Positions 26,466-38,069 of a stretch of 64,000 bases of DNA are shown in pieces. Source of the stretch: Camelus ferus. Taxonomy: Eukaryota. Positions within the stretch are counted from its first letter, which is position 1; every line of letters begins with the position of its first letter. A program made the translations under genes and the position numbers. The stretch covers positions 44,270,001 through 44,334,000 of the forward strand of contig NC_045696.1 in assembly GCF_009834535.1 (NCBI RefSeq), written 5' to 3'. The notes below the pieces were generated by a model. The model was not told where the DNA came from. It did no database searches and saw only the letters and a program-made list of their open reading frames with translations.

Positions 26466-26868
26466 AGGTTATTACCTAGGCACTGGAGGTAACTTATCTT
26501 CACAAATATATACAACAATAAAAATGTCTAGGTTCTGGGTGTTAGCTCTAATACTATCTTTGAGGTCTCTGACATCTTTAATTTCTCTGTAAGAATTGAG
26601 GATAAAATAATCTATTCCTAATGTGGTTAAGATTTAGTCAACTAATAGGTAGGAAGGCACTTTATAAGTTAAAACCACTATGTAAATAAAAATAATTCAT
26701 ATTATGTTAATAGAATACCAATCAGATGTTTTTGTAAGTAACAAAAATATTAGGGCTATCACAGTTTTTTAAAAAGGAATTTATGAGAAGTATGTTGAGA
26801 CCTCAAAAATTCTTTAGGGTCTAGGAGAACTGTCTTGAAAATAAATAGAATTCAAGGTATCTCTAGAG

Positions 26869-27199
26869 GTTCAACAGTTCAATATGCAGGCTAATAGCCA
26901 TATGTGGCTATTGAACAATTAAATGTGGGTAGTTTGAACTGGGATGTATTGTAAGTGTAAAATACACACTTGATTTTGAAGAATTAGTATAAAAATGTAA
27001 AGTAACCCATTAATAACTATTATACTGATTAACTGTTGAAATGAAGATATTTTGTATATATTGGGTTAAAGAAAGCAGGTTATTAAAATTAATGTCACCT
27101 GTTTCTTTTTACTTGTTTACATGTTGGTACTAGAAAACCTAAAATTGCGTAAGTAGCTCACACTTGTGACTTCCATTGTCTTTCCACTGGAGAGAATTG
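26869..27199. mobile_element. hAT-Charlie DNA transposon (MER33-like)
   Basis: tagccatatgtggctattgaac, gtaagtgtaaaatacacac, ttattaaaattaatgtcacctgtttctttttac; flanks ctctagag/acctagag resemble the Charlie NTCTAGAN target. Confidence 0.8.
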
Positions 27200-27360
27200 A
27201 CCTAGAGATTTCAGCCTTCTGGTGTGAGCTGGGGTCTATCTGACACCAAACAGGGGAATCTCCCAATGGGAGATTCTTTGTGAATAACATCCAACTGAAG
27301 AATAGCCTTGAGGTAGATGGTAAGAAATGAAGGAAGAATGGTTGTCTCCTTTCTGAAAGT

Positions 27361-27765
27361 TGTTAAGGGTTAATTTTTTTTTTTAAGAATAAAATCTTGA
27401 CCATTATACAAATGCAGAAAAAACACGTGTCAAAGATTTTATCCAACTCATCAATTAATGTGGGAACAGTAATATGTTGCAAGCAATTCAGAGGAGAATT
27501 CTAAGAACCACACATTAAAAAGACAGAATAATGAATTCTGAAATGAAATTGCAAGTAGATGCAAAATGGGTCTATCCACAGGGCAATAATCACTTGCGTT
27601 TCACTGGACACAACCAATTTACATTTCTATATACGAGAATGATTTGCATGATGATCAGTGTCCCACAATCTACAAACTCAGAGTCAAAGATACAGGTGAA
27701 CCAGACAGGACACACATTAATTTTTTTTTTCCCCATTTCAGACTCTTTCAAAAATTTTCCTGACA
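27361..27765 (-). mobile_element. Probable old ERV LTR, family not identified
   Basis: ~400 bp bounded by TGTT...TGACA with LTR-like sequence; no clear TSD. Confidence 0.4.
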
Positions 27766-27994
27766 GGATGAAAAATTAAGAAATAAAACAGTCTTAAATT
27801 ATTTTTTCAACATAAGGGCAATTGATGGGAACTGTTATCTAAATCATGATCTCTGATTTGTAATATGTCATGCCACAGTTGTACTTTTTATCTTGTTTTA
27901 GAAAGTTTCCTAAGTGTTTTATGAATGACAAAAATTATGCCCTTAAAATGTATTTAGAATTACGTGTTTTTCCTGAAGCTCTACTCCGGTAGGT

Positions 27995-28627
27995 ATACTG
28001 TGTCGCACCCCTGCCACCCCCCAACCCCCTCCCCACCAAAAAAACTCCTCGTCCTAATTCCTGGAACCAATGAATATGTTATCTTACCTGATAAGAAAAA
28101 GGAGTGACCTTGCAGATGTGACTGAGATTACAGACTTTAAAATAGGGAGATTAGCTGAGATTATCCAAGTGGGCCCCCTCTATGACACGAGCACTTTTTT
28201 AAAAGCAGCAAAGTTTCTCCAGCTAGAGGCAGAGCAGACACAGCAGCAGAAGTCAGGAACCCTCACACCTGCTAACTCTGGAGGAAAACCCAGGCAGCTC
28301 CTTTGTGAACTGCTGATGGGGGCGGCCTCTAGAAGCTGACCGTGATCCTGAGTTGGCAGCCAGCAAGAAAACAGGGACCTTTAGCCCGACAACCACAAGG
28401 ATTGAATCCTACCAACAACCAACGGGCTTGAAAAAGGCCCCCAGGCCTCACAGGAGGATGGCAGCCCCAGCCAGCAGTTTGATTTCAGCCTGTGAGATGT
28501 GACCAGAGGAACCAACTAATTAACACCCAGACTCCTGACCCATGGAAACTGTGAGATAATAAATTTGTCTTGTTAAAAGTCACAAAATTTGTGGTAATTC
28601 GTTACAGCAGCAACAAAAACCGTATGA
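27995..28627 (+). mobile_element. MaLR LTR (MLT1E-like)
   Basis: gtcctaattcctggaacc, gagattatccaagtgggccc, gccagcaagaaaacagggacc, aactgtgagataataaat, ggtaattcgttacagcagcaa. Confidence 0.85.
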
Positions 28628-29174
28628 TTTTCATGCCAAACTTCTTTTTCGATCTTAAATTTTTTGTATTGTTCAGAGTGCAGTTTTTTTTATATCTGTG
28701 AGTCATATGCCATCACTCATGAAATACACTGAAAGTCTTGTCTATCTTACTAATCCAAACACCTGAATTCTCTAAAGTACCTGAAGAGGCCAGCCTCTAA
28801 CATGACAGCCGCCTGTTTACTTTTAGCTTACTCAGTGCAAGGTCCTGGGTTGGCAGAGCTTCGTTGTTCATTTTGAAAGAGGAAACCAACAAACGTTTTG
28901 CAGGTTAGAGTGATACAGCTACTTAGGGGAAGCACTGAAGTGCTTGGTGATCACAAATGGCAGGATCACGTTACTTGATAACAACCTTCTACCAGCTCTC
29001 TACTGCTATGGACAGTTCCGGTTCCCGAGTCCTTGAAAGATGCTGTCAAATAGGAGGATAACCAGGAAGTATTCAATGATTAAGAATCTGGATGGATACA
29101 AGGTAAGATTAGAAGTGTTAAATGTAAACAGAGTGATCAACTACAATAGGAAATGGGATTCAAAGTGCATGATA

Positions 29175-29219
29175 CACAACATTGTAAAATGACTACAACT
29201 CAATAAAAAAATGTAAAAA
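29175..29219 (+). mobile_element. Ultra-short L1 3'-terminal insertion #1
   Basis: cacaacattgtaaaatgactacaactcaataaaaaaatgtaaaaa matches the L1 end at 55482-55529; TSD aaagtgca(t/c)gata 29162-29174 / 29220-29232. Confidence 0.9.
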
Positions 29220-29249
29220 AAAGTGCACGATAAATATCTGAAGGCTATT

Positions 29250-29302
29250 ATTTGACACGACATTGTAAAATGACCATAAGTCAATAAAAATGTTAAAAAA
29301 AA
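29250..29302 (+). mobile_element. Ultra-short L1 3'-terminal insertion #2
   Basis: atttgacacgacattgtaaaatgaccataagtcaataaaaatgttaaaa matches the same L1 end; TSD atctgaag(g/t)ctatt 29236-29249 / 29303-29316. Confidence 0.9.
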
Positions 29303-29779
29303 ATCTGAAGTCTATTGAACAGCAAATTCAAAAGGTAACTGGGAAAAATACCACAGCTCAGTTTTCAGTTAGAACATAGCAGGATTAAGCACTAGATCAA
29401 AGAGAATATATTAGGCCAGAGAAACAGATACAACAAACAACGTTCAAATCTCAGAAGCTTAATGCTTGCATCCTAGCCCCCTGTGGGCTGAAGAAAGAAA
29501 TGAGAAGGGTGCTTCTCCATGGAGTCATGTAGTTCCTCCACCATCTTCCTGAGAAGGAGTCAGGAGGCTAGGACCTGTGGAACAGTATTGGACTCAAACC
29601 TGTGTCCATATGGCATGTGGGCAAAGAGTGGTTTCTGTATTTTTAACAACTATAAAAAATAATATGACATGGAAATAATTGACTGTCCAGCCTCTTCAAA
29701 AAAACAAAATGCCGACCACAGATATAGAGACTTGGTGCTCTCGACTAGATCTCTACCTCCAGCTGGCAGACAAGGGAAA

Positions 29780-29930
29780 TGAAGGGCCGTGGAGGATTGT
29801 GCCAGAGGTTCTGGGGACCAGGCTTGGAAATGACACACATGACTTCTGCTCACATACTAAAGGCAAGAACTATTTAATGGAGCCCCACCTCTACACAAAG
29901 CACCATTGCAAGTACAGTCTGTCTGTAGGC
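29780..29930 (-). mobile_element. Old MaLR LTR fragment
   Basis: ccaggcttggaaatgacacacatgacttctgctcacat...ggcaagaact. Confidence 0.55.
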
Positions 29931-32834
29931 ACAGCTGGAAAGGAATAAAAATTAAAGAATTGTTGGAGATGCTTTATTGACAGGAAAAGACTTTAAAAAT
30001 GTGCTATGATCCCAACTACTGGCTAACAAAATCTAAAACAGAAACATTTGAAAAATATTTAACAGAAAATAACTCAATGTTGATTTGCAGGAAAAAAAAG
30101 TAACAGGAAGGCACAAGATTGTCCAGGTTACAAACTGGACCCCATGCAATTGTGGTTAGTGGTATATTTTTCCTCAAATGTAAACATAATCCAGTAATAA
30201 ATTAGCCCAACTCTCAAACACAAAATCTCTGGAAATATAATGCATGTTGGTTGGCCTGTCAAAATGGAAATTAGATTTTTTCAGACACCAAGAAGTGGAA
30301 TTGAGATTATCTTCCCCCAAAATATGTTGAATAAAATTGTCAGTTAGATTCTTTTTGTTCAGGTAACTCTCATCTTATTGTGTAATCATTACTCACTTTC
30401 AAATCACAATTTTATAAAAATAATTTTAAGTTTAGTTCTAAATAATTAAACACACTCAGAAATGAGCAGTGTTTTATAACCATTGAAGATAAGCCTAAAT
30501 ATGTAAAAAAATATAAAAAATATACACATCACTATAGTGTAATTCTTATTAACTACAAATCACTCTTCCTTGGGCTTCAGTGAAAACCATTAGTCATGAC
30601 TGAGAAAAATCTCAATTCTTACCCTACCAAGATGTTTATTCTCCTTTTATTGTCATGATTGTGTTTTATCTGCTTTTATATACATCGATTCATGCTAGAC
30701 AATAGCAGACTGCTCACTTTCTTTATTCAGAGCCAAAATATTAATTAAAGAAAATTATCTTTCTTTCTGTCTGAAACTGCTTAATGATCAGTCTTTAAAG
30801 CAGGAGAAACAGTTGATTAAACAGATTTCATCAATCATTTCTATTCTTCTAGCTCTATTACAATTCCTATTTCTTATACTTGTGAAATAGGAAACGTAGG
30901 GAAAGAAAATCTGTTAATGTCTTTTCAGAAGCTCTTTTCAGTGGGATGCATTCCCCAAAGTGTTCTCTGCAAACTGCCTTCTTTAGCTGTGGTGGGAATG
31001 GTTTTATTCATCTCCTTCATTCTTCAATATCATCAAAAATTTATTGGGAACATATCATCTTAGATGCTAAATGTTACTTGCAACAGTCATCTATCTTTTT
31101 CATCCTCTCTTCCTTTTATAGTTGCTTCCTCCTTCAGTAATCAGGAAACCCCAACTTTGTTCCACTAAAGCACTTGCTTGGCTTCACCTTATTTGCTTGG
31201 GGTCTTCCAGGAGCTTATCGTTAAACTGTTTAATGCTCACTTGCATGCAGAGAAATGCACACCCTTTCTCTCACAGCCAGACTGTATCATCTGGTTGTTA
31301 CCATAGAGACTCCACATCTGGCACTTAGTAAAAGCAGTGAGGTGAAAAACCCAGGGAAAATATCTTACCAGGATTTTTGGAGGTAAACTACCCTTTAAAT
31401 CTGCCAATCTGGTTCTTTCAACCATGTCTCAGCAATGACTGTGGAAACACTCATTATAGTTTCTTTACTGTGAAGGAAGGAAAAAAAAATGATTCTGCAT
31501 CTTAAAGCCCTTGGCTTCCCTCCTAAATCTTGCAAAGGAGAGATTCTCCTTTGGCTGCCATCCTCTCCTGTGGATTGCAATTTGCCACATTGCAAAAGTA
31601 CTTTGTGACTTTTTGAAAGGCTTGTGCTTTCCCATGCTGTCCTGTGAATGGATTCTCAACTATCAGCCCTGTGTGTGTGGGGGGGACGTCAAACCAGAAA
31701 ACTTTGTTATAAGCCACATCCTTAGGGACTCTGTGCACAGTGTTTTGAGAAAACCTTACCAAAGAATATGATCAGCCTTTAAATCAAAGAGAAGAAAGAC
31801 TATGGAGAGTGTCTCCAGTACAATGCTGGCTCTGCGTGAAACTAATAGGCACAAGTGTTCTAGGAAACCTGGGCTACTGAGTTGAAAAGCTTTGCTGGTG
31901 TTGCTTAAACCTGTAACTCTTATAAAGGTGTTTTTAAATAAGATTTTTAAGTCATGAAAATCTAAGACTATCCTTTTTTAAAATATTCTTACACTCGAGT
32001 CAAGACAAGAAGCCAGCTATTCTGTTCCTAATATTAAACATAGCATAATATATATAAATAAAAATAAACTATTTGAATTATTACTGTGTCTTTGAACTAC
32101 CCTTGGTGGAAGCATAATCCAAGTTCTAGAAGCATTAAACCTGCTCATACCAGAAAAGGATCTCAATGTTTTACTTTACCTTAAAGAAAAGTAGTAAACA
32201 ATGATCTGAAATGTCCAGGTCAGGTGGAATATGCTCTCTATTTTTTTTAAAGTTAATTAAAGCACAAGGCTGGAAAGTATAACTATATAAAAGTTAAAAT
32301 CAAGTTATAAAATCTCTGTAAGAGAGCTTTCATGAATGTCACTTTGGGGAGTGGGATAACCTTTCACACAAAGTATCTTAAAAAAAAAAAAAAAAAACTG
32401 CATCCTAAGCAGCATCCTCTGTCAGAGGGGGCAGATCCTGAGAAAAGCCAAGAAGGACAAGTGGTGATGAGGAGGGAAGTGGGGGACAGCAGTGCAAGGC
32501 ATCACAGTTAAATCATGATGGAGGCGTAAGTCATGATAAAACCTGATAGAAAGAAAGCTTCCAGAAGAACATCAGGAGGAGAGCAATGGTATACAAGATA
32601 GGTGGAGTCCAAAATTTCCCTGCTCATCTGAATAAAGGGTAGGGAAAAGATCACTCTTTATCTATAATTGAAAAAGGAAAAAAGTCAAAATAATGGAGAA
32701 TGGGAAAAAAATGGGAAGTAGAGGAAAAAAAAATTACAGAGTAAGAAGAAAGAAAAAGAGAAGAAAAAGATGCTCCTTTTGCCAGGTTTCTCTTAAAAGG
32801 CCACAGGGAACTGCGAAGCAAAGGTTGTTTCTGC

Positions 32835-33733
32835 CTGGTTATCAGAGAAATATAAATCAAAATTATCATGAAGTGTCACCTCACACTAGTCAGAATGGCC
32901 ATCATTCAAAAGGCCACAAACAATAAATGCTGGAGAGGGTGTGGTGAAAAGGGAACCCTCCTATACTCCAGGTGGGAATGTAGTTTGGTGCAGCTGTTAT
33001 GGAAAACAGTCTGGAGATTCCTCAAAAGACTAAAAATAGACTTATCATATGATCCAGCAATCCCACTTCTGGGCATATAATCCAGAGCAAACCTTAACTC
33101 AAAAAGATATATGCATCCCAATGTTCGTAGCAGCATTATTTACAATAGCCAAGACATGGAAACAACCTAAATGTCCATCCACAGATGACTGGATAAAGAA
33201 GTTGTGGTACATTTATACAATGGAATACTACTCAGCCATAAAAAAGAATAAAATAACACCATTAGCAGTAACATGGATGGACCTAGAGATCATCATTCTA
33301 AGTGAAATAAGCCAGAAAGAGAAGGAAAACTACTGTATGATATCACTTATATGTGAAATCTAAAAAAAGAAAAAAGAGAACACTAATGAATTCATCTACA
33401 AAACAGAAACAGATTAGCAGACACAGTAAACACTCTTATGGTAACCAGGGGAAAAGGTGTGGGAAGGAATAAATTCGGGAGTTTGAGATTTGCAAATATT
33501 AGCCACTATGTAAAAAATAGATTAAAAAACAAATTTCTTCTGTATAGCACAGGGAACTATATTCAATATCTTGTAATAACTTTTAATGAAAAAGAATATG
33601 TAAAAGACTATATGTTATGTATATGCATGGCTGAAACATTGTGCTGTACACCAGAAACTGACACATTGTAACTGACTACATTTCAATTAAAAAAAATTTT
33701 TTTAAAAAGATAGCAAAAAAAAAAAAAAAAAAA
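32835..33733 (+). mobile_element. 5'-truncated L1 (ORF2 C-terminus, 3' UTR, poly(A))
   Basis: ORF track: [33 protein letters not shown]; long A tail; near-TSD aaaaggccacaggg (32795-32808) / aaaaagccataggg (33734-33747) at a TT/AAAA site. Confidence 0.95.
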
Positions 33734-34463
33734 AAAAAGCCATAGGGGCAGAGGTCTGCAAATAGGAACAGAATAAAGTGAACAATATCAACCCCTGTTG
33801 AGGGGAGAAAAGGTGCCCAAAGACTCTTGTAAAAGAAGTTACCAGGGTTGTTTTTATAAATATTAGCACATCCTCTCAGAAAGAAACAATGTCTTGGGTC
33901 ATAAATATTCAGTTTAAATAAATCTGAAGTTGCTATTCAAATAATTCAATTGCATAGGGGCTTAATGAAAGATTTAAATTAAAAAACAACAAAAGTCAAA
34001 TAAAAAATTTTATCAGTGAGAAAAGAACCAGCTCAGTATTGATAAGATTCAACTTAATAGGTCAAAATCAGAAATTGTGGTTTCTTTTTAAAAATAACAC
34101 AGTGGACACAGGAGAGATTGTGAACTAGTTAAACTGGGATAAATGAATAGATATGGTTAAATTATCACACAGTTTGCAGACTTGGTCTAGGTAAGAGAAT
34201 TATAAAATAGAGCTATGGCAAGGGAAAGGTAAGTATCTACTTTATGGGTAACTTTGCACAGAATGAGGAAAGAGACTAACACTTACAAAATTTTCCCAAA
34301 TAATTCTCAATATGAGGCCTAGGACATCATCTTAATGTGATGCTTAGCCTGGAAGAGTCTATGATACAAGAGCAATTACGTATCAAAAGTAATAATTACT
34401 AATTAGAACATTTAGTTATTGTTAATGTACCAAGCATTCAGGAAAGTTGATAAATACCATTTA

Positions 34464-34466
<3 letters not shown>

Positions 34467-34500
<34 letters not shown>
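34467..34500. repeat. (CA)17 microsatellite, probably within a degraded MIR
   Basis: Perfect CA run. Confidence 0.95.
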
Positions 34501-34503
<3 letters not shown>

Positions 34504-37020
34504 CAAGTTATCATATGTACTAATATTGTTATAAATGAAAAAAAAAAATGCAGGCTGAGAAAAGATAAATTTCCCTAGGAACCAAAATTTCTGAGTGGTA
34601 GAATTAGGAGTCCAAATGAGGTCTGGGCCTAAAGTCAGTGTTCTTAACACTTATTTAAGCTAACTCTCAGTTCTTCTTCCAAAATTGAAAATGGGTATAA
34701 CCTTTGTGATGAAAAGAATATAGCTATTCAAGCTTCCCCAGAACATTCCTTAATAAAGCTGAGCAAAGTGTGACCTGTTCCGTTGCCTCAAGGGGTAAAT
34801 AAAAACAAAATTAATTTCTCAGTTCGTATCACCTGCAGGGGAATCTTTGGAGGCTCTAAAAGACAAAGGAAACAAGAGAGGTCTTAAGAGTACAAGTAAA
34901 AAATAAAGAAAATGGATTTTCTGCTGTGATGAGGAGAGATGAGAGGCACAATGTAAAGTAGCTGGAAATAAACAAGAGGTACAGCGAGAAACAGCAGGAG
35001 GAAGACAGCTCTCACAGAGCAAGTGAGACCAAGCGTGTTTATTTTTGAGCACATGTCTTTGTGTGAAGTCTCACTATGAGGGGAAAAAAGGGAATGGAAA
35101 AGGAAGACATTAATATAAGCAAAGGGGGAAGAGCCGAAAGAAAAAGCAGTGGAAGTCAACTAGAGATTGAAGCTGAGTTTCTGATACAGGCTGAGAAACT
35201 TAACTCATAAATCAAGTAACAGAAAATAGCCGCTTTGGAGAGCCGAAGGTACAAAAGAAGAGCCAGAAAAAACCACACCAACTCATACAGTGAGGGGTCA
35301 AGCAGTTCTTGAAGTGGGATTGTGTAACCCAAGCCGCATAACCAGAAAGGCACAAAAATAGTTCTCTGAGGAAAGAAGAAAAAAAAAAAATACAATGTCA
35401 GTACAAGGAAAAATCATATGGAAAGAAAATACTATGAAAGAAGGAACTAATGGAATTCTTCACAACGGTTAATAAAGGAAAACACAAGCATAAGCGGAGG
35501 GAATATGGTATTTTACAATTGTTTCTTTAATGTAATTGATCCCCTTATGTGAACCTATGAGAAAGGGCATGGTCAAAACTATTATAATTAATTTGCTTTC
35601 CCAATCTATATCTTACCTCAAATCGAAGTTAACATTTCTTAGAAGAGGCAATTTTGGTGTACCTTTATAAGACATATGAATTGGGAGATGGTTCAAAATA
35701 GAAGGAAAAAAAAGGACAGCAGGACTAAAAGTGACCTATGGAGAAAATATTTAAAATCAGATTCAATATTATAAATGTAACTAATTTATGTACTTTTCTA
35801 TTCACTTATTTAACATAATTCCAAAAGCAATCTATATTCATTGTTAGAATTTTAGAAAATACTCTTCACAGCAGCAACGCAAACCTAAAGGGACATCGGA
35901 TTCTCAAGACCATCCGTTCAAGTGTATCTTATATCCTTGCACACTACCTTCAGTGGTATGTCAATGTGTGAGGATGACTTCCTGGATCATCATTTTGGGA
36001 TGGTGAACTAAACCCCCAGAATGTGTATCCACTCACTAGTTATGAAGCTGGTAGCAATCCCTGTTTCACCAAGGCCGCTCAATTTTCAGTGTCAGTTTAG
36101 ATATTGCAATTTCTTTTGGACTTTGAATTTTAGGTATAGAATATACCATTTATGTCTTAAGAATTTTAACACTTTGGATTGAATCTCTTCTAAAAGATTT
36201 CCAATCAAGTCTACAATGAGTGAATGTAGAGGCACTGTCTGGGGAATTGTGTGCCTTTATTATGTTCAGATAGCTGTAAGAACTAAAGCTAGATTCATAT
36301 AAATCACAAAACTGAATTAAAGTAACTTACAACCCAAAGCAAAATAAAACTAGCGTACAAATATCAGATACTTTGTGACACAGGAAACTAATGTTGTATA
36401 TGCAGTGTCATTCCTACTAGAATGGTCTGATTTATACATATTTCCAAAAAATACGAGCAGAAGAGCTGCATCAATCAATAGCTATTTTCAGCACTAGCTG
36501 GCTATGCAGGGAAAAGGCATAAGCGTTGTACATTTCAACTTCTTGAGTACTCTTCAAATGCTTAGTGTTTCATATACAGATGGGTAGTTTTCCCCCTTAA
36601 TTGCAATTCAGACTGACACGGATGTGTGAAAATAGACACTCAGGTGAAACTTCCACTCGGTGGTCTGAAAAGCAACTGGCCTCTACGCTCATCTTTATTG
36701 TTGTGCACAAAATCAGGTGTGCACAGATTGGGTATAGTATTATTTCTTGGTTCAGTGGTATTAACAAATTAGTATCATAAGATCAATGCACTGGGTTACA
36801 TATTTAGGAACTATCTTTAAAAAAATATGGACAAATTGAGTGTAACTATTGAAATGCTTGCAAATTTAAAATAAACTATCAATATTTTGGAGGAGCAAGC
36901 AGAAATAAAGAATAAATCTAATATTTTTCACCTTTCATAATTCTGTAGATTCAATGCATGCTAAGTTTTTTTAAATATAAAAATAACTACTCATGAAAAC
37001 CAAAAATTAGAACATTAAAA

Positions 37021-37784
37021 TGATGTACATGGAAATTGGTGCAGCCATTATATGGAAAATAGTAAGGAGATTCTTCAAAAGTTTACAAGTAGAACTACCA
37101 TATGATCCAGCAATTCTACTTCTGGGTATTTTTTTGAAGGAGAAAAAGTCACTCTCTCAAAAAGATATTGCACTCCCTCCCCATGTTCATTGCAGCATTA
37201 TTTCCAATAGCCAAGACATGAAAAAAATAAGGGTCCATCAATGGATGAATAGATAAAGAAGTGTGCTATGTATATACAAGGGAATATTATTCAGCCATAA
37301 AAAGAAGGAAATCCTGCCATTTGCTGTAACATGGGTGGACTTTGAGGGCATTATGCTAAGTGAAGGAAGTCAGATAGAGAAAAGCAAATACTATATGACC
37401 TCATTTATATGCGGAACCTAAAAAAAAAAGAGGGACTCAGATACAGAACACAGACTGATGGTTGCCAGAGGTGGAGAGTAAAGGGTGGGCAAAATGGGTG
37501 AAGTGATCATAAGGTACAAACTTCCAGTTATAAGATAAAAAAAGTCCTGTGGATGTAATGTGAAGCATGGTGAATAAACAATACTCTGTTGTATATTTGA
37601 AAATTACTAGCAGTAGATCATATAGTTCTCATCACAAGAAAAAAATATAACTATGTGTGGGTATGGATGTTAACTAAAATTATTATGGTGATCATTTTGC
37701 AATATTTACACATTAAAAAATCAGTATGCTGTACATCTAAAACCACCACAATGTTATATGTCAATTATACCTCAATCTAAAAAA
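37021..37784 (+). mobile_element. Old L1 3' end (L1MA9-like)
   Basis: VELPYDPAILLLGI peptide and L1MA-type 3' UTR; near-TSD agaacattaaaa (37009-37020) / agaatattataa (37785-37796). Confidence 0.9.
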
Positions 37785-38069
37785 AGAATATTATAAACCT
37801 ATAATTCATGGGAGAGTAAAAGTGCTCTCAATTTCCAACATTCATACTGAGAAGTAGAATTTGTCTACAATTTATAAATTAAGAAATAGAAACTTAAAGG
37901 TTGTTTAAGGTAATGACAATCATCAGAATAACTAGAGAGATTTATTCCAGTTAGAAGGGGTAAAATATAATGTAAATAGATTCATTTACTCAATATTTCT
38001 AGTTACTGCTTAAAGTTGTTAAGTCAAGGAACAAAGGTAAAATAGTTGATAATTAAAAATCAGTAACTA

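Noticed and set aside
28825..28852. ctcagtgcaaggtcctgggtt resembling a tRNA-derived camelid SINE head
   Set aside because: Match too short; no full B box, tail or TSD.
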